A DNA stretch of 64,000 nt from Eledone cirrhosa (Eukaryota). Under the pieces are notes generated by a model. The model did not search any database. It had not been told where the DNA came from and worked only from the letters and a program-made list of their open reading frames with translations. Positions 28,202-39,896 of this stretch are shown piece after piece (position 1 is the stretch's first letter; each line of letters starts with the position of its first letter). The translations under genes were made by a program, and so were the position numbers. The DNA lies in NCBI GenBank assembly GCA_964016885.1, contig OZ024741.1, positions 107,322,001 through 107,386,000 on the forward strand. Direction: 5' to 3'.

Positions 28202-29248
28202 ACAAGGGCTGTAACACCCCACTTGCCGACTTTGTAATGGGTAACCCTTATTTGCAAAGGTAGACGTAAGATCTTTTATATCTTTTTATCGCTTCCTCTA
28301 TATTTCCTTCTTCCCCCATCCCTCCCTAGTCCTTCCACCCCAGTCCTCTTTCTTTGTCGTCGTCCTTTTCACTTTCTCGCCCAACCGAGGCAGCCCCTCG
28401 GTCCTTTGTAGCCTCAGTACCCCCAACCCCTTCCCCTATTCTATGATAGAATTGGCCGACTCCGCTTTTTATAGCAGATGTGATAGACCCCGGATACTTG
28501 CCTTCTTATTCAATGGCTGCCCCTTTTCCGTGCTTTCTACATTTCTTAGTGGTATCTTTGCTTTAATTTCTCGTATATAAGTTTTTTTTTTGTGGGGGGG
28601 GGGGGGGGGGGGATTCTGAATTAATTTTACGTATCAACTTTCTCATATACTTTGTACGAGCATTTATGTAGTTTGCACTAGAATTCTTGTATCGTAGCGG
28701 CACCCTTAGAGATAGTATTAGTATTCTTTTCCGGGATTCTGAATTATTATTTCGTGGTAGTTTCTTTAGTATTTTGGCCCCCCACTTGTTGACCCGTCAC
28801 CGTAAGATATACTCGGTTGATTACTACTACCGCTTAAAAGGGTCTCATTATAATTCCGTCCCACCTCGTAAACCTTTCTTTAGTCTAGCAGTACCAGTGA
28901 GAGACTTGATAGCTGTCCTTAGGTTATAGTAACCAGAAATTGTTTTTTTCTATATTTAATTTTTTTAACATTCTCGGTACTTTTCTATGTATTTACCCCA
29001 TATTGTTTTACTTATTGTTTCGAATTCCTGCCCCTCCCCCTCTCTACTATACTTCCTTGACCTCCTGCCCTGCTGTAGTTGGCACTATCAACGCACGACT
29101 GGGTTTCCTCCACCCCTCTCTCTCTTTCTTCTACTGGCAGGTTCAGATACCCCTTCCTTCCACAAATTGCCATGATAGAATTATGTGTTTCAACAACAAA
29201 CTTTTGACCAATCCCTGTGACAATCACTTTTACCATATATGGAATTAT

Positions 29249-29341
29249 CCCCTGAGAAGCTCGGCTATTCATATACCAGGATAAACATTTTCATTTAGTC
29301 CAGAATTAGCCGTCGAAACGGCTTGATCTCAGCCGTCGGGG
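29249..29341 (+). ncRNA. Type I hammerhead fold with variant core and extended stem II
   Basis: ccc-CTGAGAA-gct-cggcta...tagccg-tc-GAAA-cggct tgatctc agccg-TC-gggg. Confidence 0.65.
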
Positions 29342-29656
29342 TCCTACTCGTTCCTATTACCCACTCTACTACCTTAAGTATTGAGTACTTTGGTGCGTTA
29401 TGGTCCACCTGGTTCCTTACCACATTTCCTTCGTTATATATATATATATATATATATATGTAGATAAATCTACCAAGAGTTTACGGTAGTGTCCAATCCG
29501 TATGAAGAACTCAATGTAATCCGGATATCATGGAAAGAAGAGATGCAATGAAAAATCACTTTCGGTGAAAGATAAACGGAAAACAGAGTCAAGATAAAAT
29601 ATTAAAAAAATAATGAATAAAACAATGAAACAGTTCCTTATATTAAACAAAAAAAG

Positions 29657-29811
29657 TTCATTATTTAACGATCGTTTCTAGGATATATATGTGTTAGAAT
29701 TGGCATGCATATTCAACAGATCTATGTACAAAATTATACAAAATTATACAAACTATCAAAATTAAATATACATACCAAACACATATATATGCCGTCTTCA
29801 GAAATAATGAA
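29657..29811 (-). ncRNA. Type I hammerhead, mirror copy of 30468-30622
   Basis: Reverse complement of the plus-strand motif. Confidence 0.75.
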
Positions 29812-30467
29812 ATATATTTATTGATAATAACAACAATTCAAAATTACAGGTCTGTTTGGGAACAGAGTTCAAATTGACCAATGAAAATACAAAAAGTTTA
29901 TACAGTTAGGTGTGTGTATATATATGCATATAAGTAACTTCGTTCACAGATATGCATAAAGATATATGTTCACATGCATACGCCTGCCAAAAAGATGTAT
30001 GTAAATACAAAAATTCAAGGCTAATGTCTCTGTATGTTTATAATCTACAGATAAAATACGCACACACATATATAAATATAAAATAAATATATACACACAT
30101 TCATATACTCACACATATACGTACATTCACACACGCGCGTGTGTGTGTGTGAATGTACGTATATGTGTGAGTATATGAATGTGTGTATATATTTATTTTA
30201 TATTTATATATGTGTGTGCGTATTTTATCTGTAGATTATAAACATACTGAGACATTAGCCTTGAATTTTTGTATTTACATACATCTTTTTGGCAGGCGTA
30301 TGCATGTGAACATATATCTTTATGCATATCTGTGAACGAAGTTACTTATATGCATATATATACACACACCTAACTGTATAAACTTTTTGTATTTTCATTG
30401 GTCAATTTGAACTCTGTTCCCAAACAGACCTGTAATTTTGAATTGTTGTTATTATCAATAAATATAT

Positions 30468-30622
30468 TTCATTATTTCTGAAGACGGCATATATATGTGT
30501 TTGGTATGTATATTTAATTTTGATAGTTTGTATAATTTTGTATAATTTTGTACATAGATCTGTTGAATATGCATGCCAATTCTAACACATATATATCCTA
30601 GAAACGATCGTTAAATAATGAA
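30468..30622 (+). ncRNA. Type I hammerhead with long stem II
   Basis: ttcattattt-CTGAAGA-c-ggcatatatatgtgtt...aacacatatatatcc-ta-GAAA-cgatcg-TT-aaataatgaa. 10-bp stem I, palindromic stem III. Confidence 0.78.
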
Positions 30623-30676
30623 CTTTTTTTGTTTAATATAAGGAACTGTTTCATTGTTTTATTCATTATTTTTTTA

Positions 30677-30743
<67 letters not shown>

Positions 30744-31430
30744 GTGTTTGTGTGTATCCAAACACAGCCATAGAGAGTGAGAAAGGGAATCAACCCAGTT
30801 AGTGATTAATACTTTACTGAACTCGAATAAATGAAAGTGAAAATTTCCCTCGACATGATTTGATCTCTGGGCTGAGGGAGTCGGAATGAACGCTGCCAAG
30901 CATACTATTTGATGTTCTAACAACACTCCTAATTCGTCGCCTATACCCCCCCCCATATATTTATCATATTCAATATAGAAATGGATTCAACAGGACTAGA
31001 ACTGTTTCATTCATATGAAGTCAGAACTATATTTACACTCTACTAATGTATTGAGTACCTTACTAACTGTGGTTAACCCTGATTGAAACGGGGACTAACA
31101 CACACACACACTATAGAAATAGTCAAACATTAATCGTATGAAGTTAAAAGTTGTCCAGAGGCTCATCAAACTAGTGCTTATCCTGGTTTTCATTGGCATG
31201 ATGTGACTGGGAGTACAGGACCCACGCCTTCCTAGATATGACGCCAGTCCATTATAGGTTTAACACCCAGCCACTGCCGATACTCATGTTTAGCTGAGTG
31301 TACTGGAACAACGTGAACACAGGGCGCAACCCGTTTTAGCAATTCAGCATATGGTATTATGAGAGCATACAATATTACGCTTATAAGGTAGACTGAATAT
31401 TTAAATTTTCAAAGAAAATGTGGTAGGGAT

Positions 31431-31465
31431 GTCTAGGTTTCGGCTGTAATGAGCCCCGTCAGACT
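31431..31465 (-). ncRNA. Decayed hammerhead motif
   Basis: Minus strand reads agt-CTGACGg-ggct cattac agcc-GAAA-cctagac. Core and cleavage site are mutated. Confidence 0.45.
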
Positions 31466-32060
31466 CCAATGTTGGTGATTCCAGTTTATAAGCTTAGATC
31501 TGACATGTATTTAAGGGCTAATTATTATTTTGTAGGTCTGGTGTACAATTCATTTCTCAATTATTAGTGGGGTCTGAATTATAAGAATCCATTGGTTTAT
31601 GCAGATATTTTCAAATTGGTGTTTACATTGGAGGATAATTATTCATGTTGTTGGTAGTTATACAGTAGGTGGTTGTCGGGTGTTTTATAGATGTGAACCT
31701 AATTATAGTGTCTGAATGGAAGGCAGGGAGGTGTAGTTATAATTGGAAGGGAGGTGTAGCTTTACATTGTTAATAGATTGATGGGTTTTGGGAGGATTTC
31801 TACCTTGGTTAGTTAAAAAATCGAGTACTGTAAAAATATGCATGTAATATATTCGCCATTCTTAGACCTAAGTAATTTAGTGCTTTGTAGGCAGCCATGC
31901 ATTTAATTAAGAAATCATAAGGGTATTTATTTTCTTATAGAATTAGGTGCTGATGATGATTCGGGGGTGGTAAAAAAAACCGGATTTAATAGTTTGTTAA
32001 TTGACTTTACAGGCTAGTGACTAATTGTAATTTTGACTACACACATACAACCTCCCCCCC

Positions 32061-32100
<40 letters not shown>

Positions 32101-32102
32101 AA

Positions 32103-32721
32103 AACATGAGAAGAAAGAAGAATACTGCGTGGTTGCACATGGGTTACATATGATAAAAATAGTCCTTCGTCAGTGATTTTCCAACCATCATTGATATTTC
32201 ATCGCATTAAAAATCATATACCTCAGGTTGGTGCGAGCAATAGCTAAATAAAGCTATTGGGACAAGTAAATCGCGTAAAGCGAGTGAGACAAGTAAACAA
32301 CATAGAAGGATGAAAGCAACGCAAAGATAGGAATAAACAAGCAACATGGTTATCCGGTCGGCATAAGCTGGGTGGATTTCATGAGCGATCGGGATACAGA
32401 CAGTCCGACGTGAGTGAGATGTGAGCAAGAAGAGAACCCACTACAAGCCAAACGGGGGGAAGTGAGAAGGGGACAAACAGAGAGTGAGTGAGTGGAAGTG
32501 CGAGGAAGAGGTCAGTCGAGAGAAAGTGTAACTGACAGAGGGAGCGAAAGAAGGTGAGAGCAACGGGGAAGCAGTAAGAGAGAAACAGACAAACGCAGCC
32601 GAGGTAAATATATATAAACAACATGAGAAGAAAGAAGAATACTGCGTGGTTGCACATGGGTTACATATGATAAAAATAGTCCTTCGTCAGTGATTTTCCG
32701 ACCATCATTGATATTTCATCG
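32103..32721 (-). mobile_element. Penelope-like pLTR-type element with a 102-bp direct terminal repeat
   Basis: 32103-32204 is repeated at 32620-32721. Homologous to 6637-7146. TA-rich flanks. Confidence 0.7.
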
Positions 32722-33303
32722 AATATATATATATAAATCTAAATATATACATACATTATACTGATACGTGCCAATATCTTTGTTTTCTTGGATATTATTC
32801 AGGTCTTCATTCATTCTTCGCGATACTGCTATTCAATTGGTAAGAAAATTCAAAGTAAACCTCTTTAGAACTCACATCGTTTTTCTAGTGCGAGGCAGGA
32901 TTTTAATTATCCTTGCTTTTTTTTTCGGAGTAGGAAGCACCTCTCGAACTAAGCACTAAAACATTGAAAATGATCTCTTCTTAATTGCATATAACCGCAA
33001 CAAACTTATTTATGGTTGATACAATAATAGGATAATGAAAGTATATATATAAAAATATGATATTTAGAGTAGATAATAAATAAAATAATAAAGTTAATAA
33101 AGTGTAAAAATTGATAATAAACAAAATTGAGGCTGAACTTATAAAGAAAATTATAGTTTGTAGAATGTATAAATCATACAAACAAGAACATGCAGCCTTA
33201 TATTATATTGGCGCATCATCTCACGGTGGGTTTAGCCAGAAACATCAACAACCGAGAAAACAAACGATTGTGACTATACTGGCAGTCCACAATAAGAAAA
33301 GCA

Positions 33304-34055
33304 TAATAATTGTTTCTATTTTTGGCACAAGGCCAGCAATTATTTCAGTGTATTACTGGTACTTTATTTTATCGACCCCGTAAGGATGAAAGGCAAAGTT
33401 AACCTCGGCGGGATTTGAACTCAGACCATAAAGGGCCGTAACTATGCTGCAAACCATGGCGTCCGACCCTCTACCGATACTGCCAATCCACCGCCCTCTA
33501 AAGCATAATAATAATAGTTTCTGGTTTTAGGCACAAAGCCAACAATTTTGAGGGTAGGTAAAGTCGATTAAATCAATCCCAGTGCATTAAGAGACGTAAC
33601 TATATGCCGCAAAATATGTCTGACGCTCTACCGATACTGTCAACTAAAATAATGGTTTCTTATATAGACACAAGGCCAGCAAATTTGGTGGGAGGGGAAA
33701 GTCGATTAAATCGACCCCAGTGCGTGACTGGTACTTTATTTTATCGATCCCGTAAGGATTTAAGGTAAAGTTAACCTCGGCGGGATTTGAACTCAGATCA
33801 TAAAGGGCCGTAACTCTATGCTACAAAGCATGTTGTCCGACTCCCTACCGATACTGCCAATCCACCGCCCTACTGTCAACTCAAATAATAATAACAATGA
33901 TTACTAATTTAGGCAGCACGACAGCAATGTAGTGTGTAGGGGAAGTTTAATTAAATCGACATCAGTACTTGATGTCAATGGAATTTGAACTTGGTATATA
34001 TAAAGGGATTGAACAGATGCTTCGAGATATATTGTCTGACGCTCAAACCATTCTG
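33304..34055 (-). mobile_element. Head-to-tail cluster of four tRNA-SINE copies
   Basis: Copies at ~33304-33497, ~33510-33645, ~33650-33871 and ~33895-34055, separated by short (aat)n. Confidence 0.8.
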
Positions 34056-34358
34056 CAGTATGATAATTACAACCATAATATTAATAGACATGTACATTTA
34101 GTCACAGGTGGTAGCATGCTTATACAGTATTTTTGTCTCTTGGACTATTGTAATTACATCCTCGGCGGTGACGTATCGTCAGTGAGTGTTCCATAAAGCT
34201 ATATTTCCATCAATCCTGGTACCAGTGTATCTGACAATGTTTCAAGATACGTCTTTGTACTTCTACAAAATATTCTTACGCAAGATGGATGAACTTGTGT
34301 CTCTATATCGATGGTCTGTGTTCAGTCGAACTGGTCCAACTACACTCTCCATCTAGAT

Positions 34359-34677
34359 CAGAGGTTCTCAAACGTTTTGGGTCCCCCCCCCCACAGCGAC
34401 GTAATACCCTCAGTACCTCCACCCCTATTTCCAGAGTGACCTGCCTACAAGCAAATTGTAAATAATATATAATAGATAAAATCGTTAATTTATATATAAT
34501 AAATATAATATATACTATGTATAAATAAATATTATACATTTTTATTTTACTATATTTATGTATGATGTGTATCATTTGATATTTAATATACTATTATATA
34601 ATATCTACCGCCCACCACCCCCTTAGGCCTCAGCGCCCCCTGGATTTTCCAGGGAGCGTCCACTTTGAGAAAATCTG
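34359..34677. mobile_element. hAT (Charlie-like) MITE
   Basis: TIRs cagaggttctcaaa / tttgagaaaatctg. Perfect TSD atctagat on both sides. Confidence 0.88.
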
Positions 34678-35605
34678 ATCTAGATCATGTTTGGACCGTC
34701 ATATAAGTTTTGTAAATTTGAATACTCACAAACACAGATAAGAACACAATGATGGAATAAAATATAATCTCGCAGACAAAAAAAAAAAAAAAGGGAAAAT
34801 TATACATTTAAAAATGTTTGTTAGATTGGTGGTGTGAGGTGAGTAATAATTAATTTGCTTCAGTCTGCTTGTTTTTTGTTGGGAAAGATCCCTCCAAACA
34901 AGGTGACAAGTAACCAAAAACACAGCTGGCTTCGGGTAATCAGCTATACAACAAAGCCCAGATAACGAGCAAAACAGTACCATCCCAAATAACCAAGTAC
35001 ATAGCAAGACCCGAAGTAGCCAGTAATATAGTATGCCCTAAGTAAGCATAATAGAGCAAAGAGCCAAGAAACCACTTAATTTGGGGGAAATTATAAAAAA
35101 CAAAAGAAAGAGAATGTCAAAAGAAACGCTACCGTTGAAATCAGAAAACAATCAGCAGAAGATTTCTAAGAATTAAGATTAAACCTTCGAAAAGAATGAA
35201 ATGAGCTTTATGATACTGGGTGGATAAAGTAGAGTATACATTATTCTGGATTGGAATATTTGAAGGGTTGATTATCACAGGAATAGAAATAATTGAGGTA
35301 AGAAACTGGTTTATGGCCATCGCCCAACTCCACTCATCAACACATACATTGTCTGACTATTTATGTATGTTTGACTGTTTCGGGGTAGAGAATGGGACGA
35401 AGTGCATGGAGTATAATCGATTAAATACATCCCACTAATATCTCAATGCTTGCCTGCTACTTTATTTTCATTTCAAGCATGTATGTATGTATGTATGTAT
35501 GTATGTATGTATGTATGTATGTATGTATGTATGTATGTATGTATGTATGTATGTATGTATGTATGATGTATGTATGTATGTTTCTTTTTTTTTTTTTTTT
35601 TTTTT

Positions 35606-38600
35606 GTGCGGGGACATAGAAATAATTGGGCTGTATACCCGATCGCGCAGTTAAACCACTGGGAGTGAAGAACCCCTAGCCCTTGTCAGGGCATTCTTCT
35701 AGGAGAAGGCATCTCAGGAAACTGGGTTAACTCCGACATAAAACCTGCGGCTCGGTAGTTACCGATGATGTTGATCTTTTCTTCTTTTCGGGTTATAGCT
35801 ACATTCGCTCAGAGAGTGGGATTGGCTCAGTGCACAGTCTTTCCTCACTTTAAAAATATTCGTCACGCACAGGCATTGCACGAGTCCATTAATAATTATT
35901 AATAGTGTACTATTATTATTATTATTATTATTATTACTATTATTATTATTATTACTTTTTTTTTTTTTTTTTTTTTTCCAATTCAATGATGTTCCAGAAC
36001 AATATAAAAGAGATAATTGGCAATTTAGGTTCTGGAACAAAAAAGATCATTGGCAATAAGGGCAGGGACCCCAGGTTATCACAGCCTGGGCCCGCTCGTC
36101 ATCGTGCCATTGTAATAGAGCCAAACAAGGCATTTAGTCTTGGCTGCTGGAACGTACGGACGCTGCTTGACAGGGATTCCTTGGGGCGTCCTGAACGAAG
36201 GACCGCTCTTGTTGCAAAGGAGCTTCGACGTTACGATCTTGACATCGTGGCTTTATCTGAGACGAGGCTAGCTGGAGATGGTCATCTTACGGAATTTTGT
36301 GGAGAATATACATTCTTCTGGAAAGGAAGAGATGAAGGAACCAGAAGAGAGGCTGGGGTAGGATTTGCTGTTAAGACTGTGCTTGTGAACAAATTAGAAG
36401 AATTCCCAGTAGGGATTAGTGAGCGTCTTATGTCCATGAGAGTTTCGCTGGACAAGGGAAGATATGCTACCCTGGTGAGTGTGTATGCTCCAACTATGAG
36501 TTCTGTCGATGAGGAAAAGGTGTCCTTTTACCATGCCTTGAAAGGTGTTTTAAGAAATATCCCTCAGGCAGACAAAGTCATCGTGCTTGGTGACTTTAAT
36601 GCTAGAGTGGGTAGGGATTTTAACACATTGAATGTAATCGGAAGGCATGGGGTGGGAAAGTGTAACAGCAATGGCATGCTCCTGCTGCAGATGTGTGAGG
36701 AGCTGAATCTGTGTGTTACCAACACCATGTTCCAACAAAAGAACAAATTCAAGACCACATGGATGCATCCTGCATCTAAGGAATGGCATCTTTTGGACTA
36801 CGTCCTAGTCAGGATGCGTGACAGACAGGATGTGCAGTGTGTTCGTGTTCTTCGTGGAGCTGAGTGCTGGACGGACCACCGCCTGGTACGCGCAAAAGTG
36901 AAACTAATCACTAAACGTAAAATCCGGGCTCCTGGTGTTGCCCTGCTCAAAAGATTGAATGCTGCTCGTCTTAAGGATAAAAATGTGGAGAGGACATTGG
37001 AAGAAGAGATGCAAGCTGCAGATCTTGGCGAGGATTGGCCGACCTTAAAAAGTCGGTTTATGATGTAGGCAGGCGTGTTCTGGGATTGGCGCAGAGGAAA
37101 CATCAGGACTGGTTTGATGAGAATGATGTACATATAGAAGACTTGTTGGCTGATAAGAGGCGTGCTCTGTCACGCTACTTGACGGCAAAACCACAGGAGA
37201 GGAATACGTTGCATGAGGAACTCAGGGATGTAAAATCACGTGTTAGGCGGAGTCTTTCTCAGATGAAGGATCAGTGGTGGAGTGAGAAGGCTGGTGAGAT
37301 ACAAACTGCGTCTGATTCCAATAACACAAAGCTGTTGTACAGTCTCTTGCGTGAGGTTTATGGACCGTCTTCTTCTCTGGTGACACCGATTCGCAGCAAG
37401 GATGGCAAAGAACTTCTTCGTGACTCACAAGGAATTCTACGAAGGTGACGAGAGCACTTTGATGATCTTTTGAATCAGCCGTCTGTCGTCAGTGAAGATT
37501 TCCTCAAACTCATTCCAGAAAGTCCTGTGAAAGTAGCTCTCGCAGAACCTCCGACGCTTGTGGAAGTTGCAGTGGCTATTTCGAAGCTGAACAGTGGAAG
37601 ATCTCCAGGTATGGATGGCATACATGCTGAGCTCCTACAATATGGTGGTGAGAGACTCCTGCAACATCTTCACTCTTTGTTTGGCAGGATATGGGCTAAT
37701 GAATCCGTACCTGAGGACTGGAGAGATGCAGTAATGGTGGTCTTGTACAAGGGAAAGGGTAACAGGAACGATTGTGGGAACTACAGAGGTATATCATTGC
37801 TTTCTGTCGTAGGGAAAATTTTATGTAGGGTGCTTCTGAACCGTCTGCTGACACACATTGCAGATTGTGTTCTTCCTGAAAGTCAATCTGGTTTTCGTGC
37901 TGGACGCGGCACTACTGATATGATCTTCTCAGCTAGACAGCTCCAGGAGAAGTGCATAGAACAAGGCTTGGATCTGTATCAGGTTTTTGTCGATCTGACA
38001 AAAGCTTTCGATACTGTTAACAGAGATGCATTATGGAAGGTTCTCCAGAAACTTGGTTGCCCTGATAAGTTCCTTGCTTTAGTTAGGTCTTTCCATGATG
38101 ACATGAAGGCTTGGATTAATGTCGGGGGTAACATCTCGGAGCCTATCTCAGTAAAAAATGGAGTGAAACAGGGGGATATTCCAGCACCGACCCTGTTTGC
38201 ACTATACTTTACAATGGTTTTCTGTATTGCATTCAGGAATTGCGAGCATGGTGTTTACATCCGATATCGAACCTCAGGCAGCATATTTAACATCAGGCGC
38301 TTTGCTGCGAAGACAAAAGTATTTACATCAATCATAAGAGACCTCTTGTATGCAGATAATTGTGATCTTGTAGCGCACACAGAGAGTGATATGCAGCACA
38401 TTTTGAATGCATTTTCTGACGCTTGCACTGCCCTAGGTCTGACTGTCAGTCTCAAGAAAACCGTCGTCATGTACCAACCTGCCCCTGGTAAGCAGTACAC
38501 TGAACCAAACATCTATGTGTATGGCAAACGACTTGGAGTGGTTGATCAGTTTGTCTACCTGGGAAGCACTGTCGATCGATACAGCAACCTTGACAGTGAA

Positions 38601-39560
38601 ATCTCACTTAGGATTAGGAAAGCAAGTGATGCTTTCAGAAAGCTAGAAAGGCGACTCTGGGGTCGGCGAGAAATATGCAGGAGGACAAAGGTAAAGGTGT
38701 ACAGGGCATGTGTGCTCTCTTGTCTTCTTTATGCCTGCGAGACCTGGGTCACATATCGACACCACCTTAAGCAATTGGAGCGTTTTCGTCAGATGTGTCT
38801 CAGACGGATCCATGGCGTTCACTGGAGGGACCACATCAGTGATGTCGAGATTTTGGAAAGCTCTATGTGTGACAGTATAGAAGCTCTTGTGCTTAAGCAA
38901 CGACTCCGTTGGAGTGGTCACCTTGCCAGGATGAAGGATTCTAGACTACCAAAACAACTCTTTTATGGAGAGTTGGTTAAAGGAAAACGACCGCCACATA
39001 AACCAAAAAAGAGGTATAAGGATTCCTTGAAAGCCTCTCTGAAAGACGTTAACATCTCTGCCGATACATGGGAGAATATTGCTGCTGATCGTAATAAATG
39101 GAGAAAGACTGTATATGAGGGAAAAGTTGCCTTTGAGGCATCTCGAATCGCATACGAGAAAGTAAAGCGGGATGTGAGGAAGGGCATTGCTGTTGCACTT
39201 CCAGACGGCGAGGGTCCTCCTATGGTGCTGACATACAGCGTATGTGCGAGACTCTGCCTAAGCAAAGCTGGACTCGAAAGTCATCTTCGCAGTCATAAAG
39301 TAAGACCAGTGGTTGACTACCAGGCTGCTGTTGGAGATGCTACTCATCATGCTTGCCAAACATGTGGTAGAGAATGTAAATCAGCAGGAGGGCTCAAGCG
39401 ACATGCAAAAGTACATGAACTCCAACCACAGCCGACTATTCCCAGTAAATGTTTTGGTTGCCGACTCCGTGCAAGACATTTTAGATCATTGGCTGGGCTA
39501 AAAAGCCACATTCGATCGCAGCGCTGTTAGTTGCTATCGTGTGTCTGTGTGTGTAGATAT
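35606..39560 (+). mobile_element. RTE (BovB-like) LINE, near full length, inactivated; 3' terminus displaced to ~56720-56777
   Basis: APE domain (GCWNVRTL, ALSETR, GDFNARVG, LDYV, TDH) and RT (QSGFR, FVDLTKAFD, GVKQGD, YADN instead of YADD). Frameshift ~37050, TGA at 37446-37448, C-terminal C2H2-like fingers, stop 39530. Confidence 0.93.
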
Positions 39561-39629
39561 GCTTATGTGTGTGCGTGTGTGTGTATATGTATATGTATAT
39601 TATCATTGTTGTTGTCGTTATTATTATTG

Positions 39630-39664
<35 letters not shown>

Positions 39665-39782
39665 GTTATTAATGTATGTGTGTGTGTATATGTGTGTGTG
39701 AGTGTGTGTGTGTATATGTATATGTATATGTATATATATATATATATTTCTTTCTTTTATTTTTTTTTTTAAATTTTATTTT

Positions 39783-39896
<114 letters not shown>

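Larger units (their letters stand above)
27382..29435 (+). mobile_element. 5'-truncated Penelope-like element (probably Hydra-type) with inverted 5' pLTR, in (TA)n
   Basis: Inverted arm 27382-27418, disrupted ORF, long 3' UTR, hammerhead fold, tail, (TA)n on both sides. Confidence 0.9.
29460..30685. mobile_element. 1.1-kb spacerless palindrome: fold-back Penelope-like pLTR with tail
   Basis: Arms 29594-30136 / 30137-30685 centred on cgc|gcg, tail 29460-29593, (TA)n flanks. Confidence 0.85.

Noticed and set aside
35905-36000. Poly-Tyr/Phe N-terminus of the 387-aa ORF
   Set aside because: It comes from a (TAT)n/poly-T expansion upstream of the RTE endonuclease domain.
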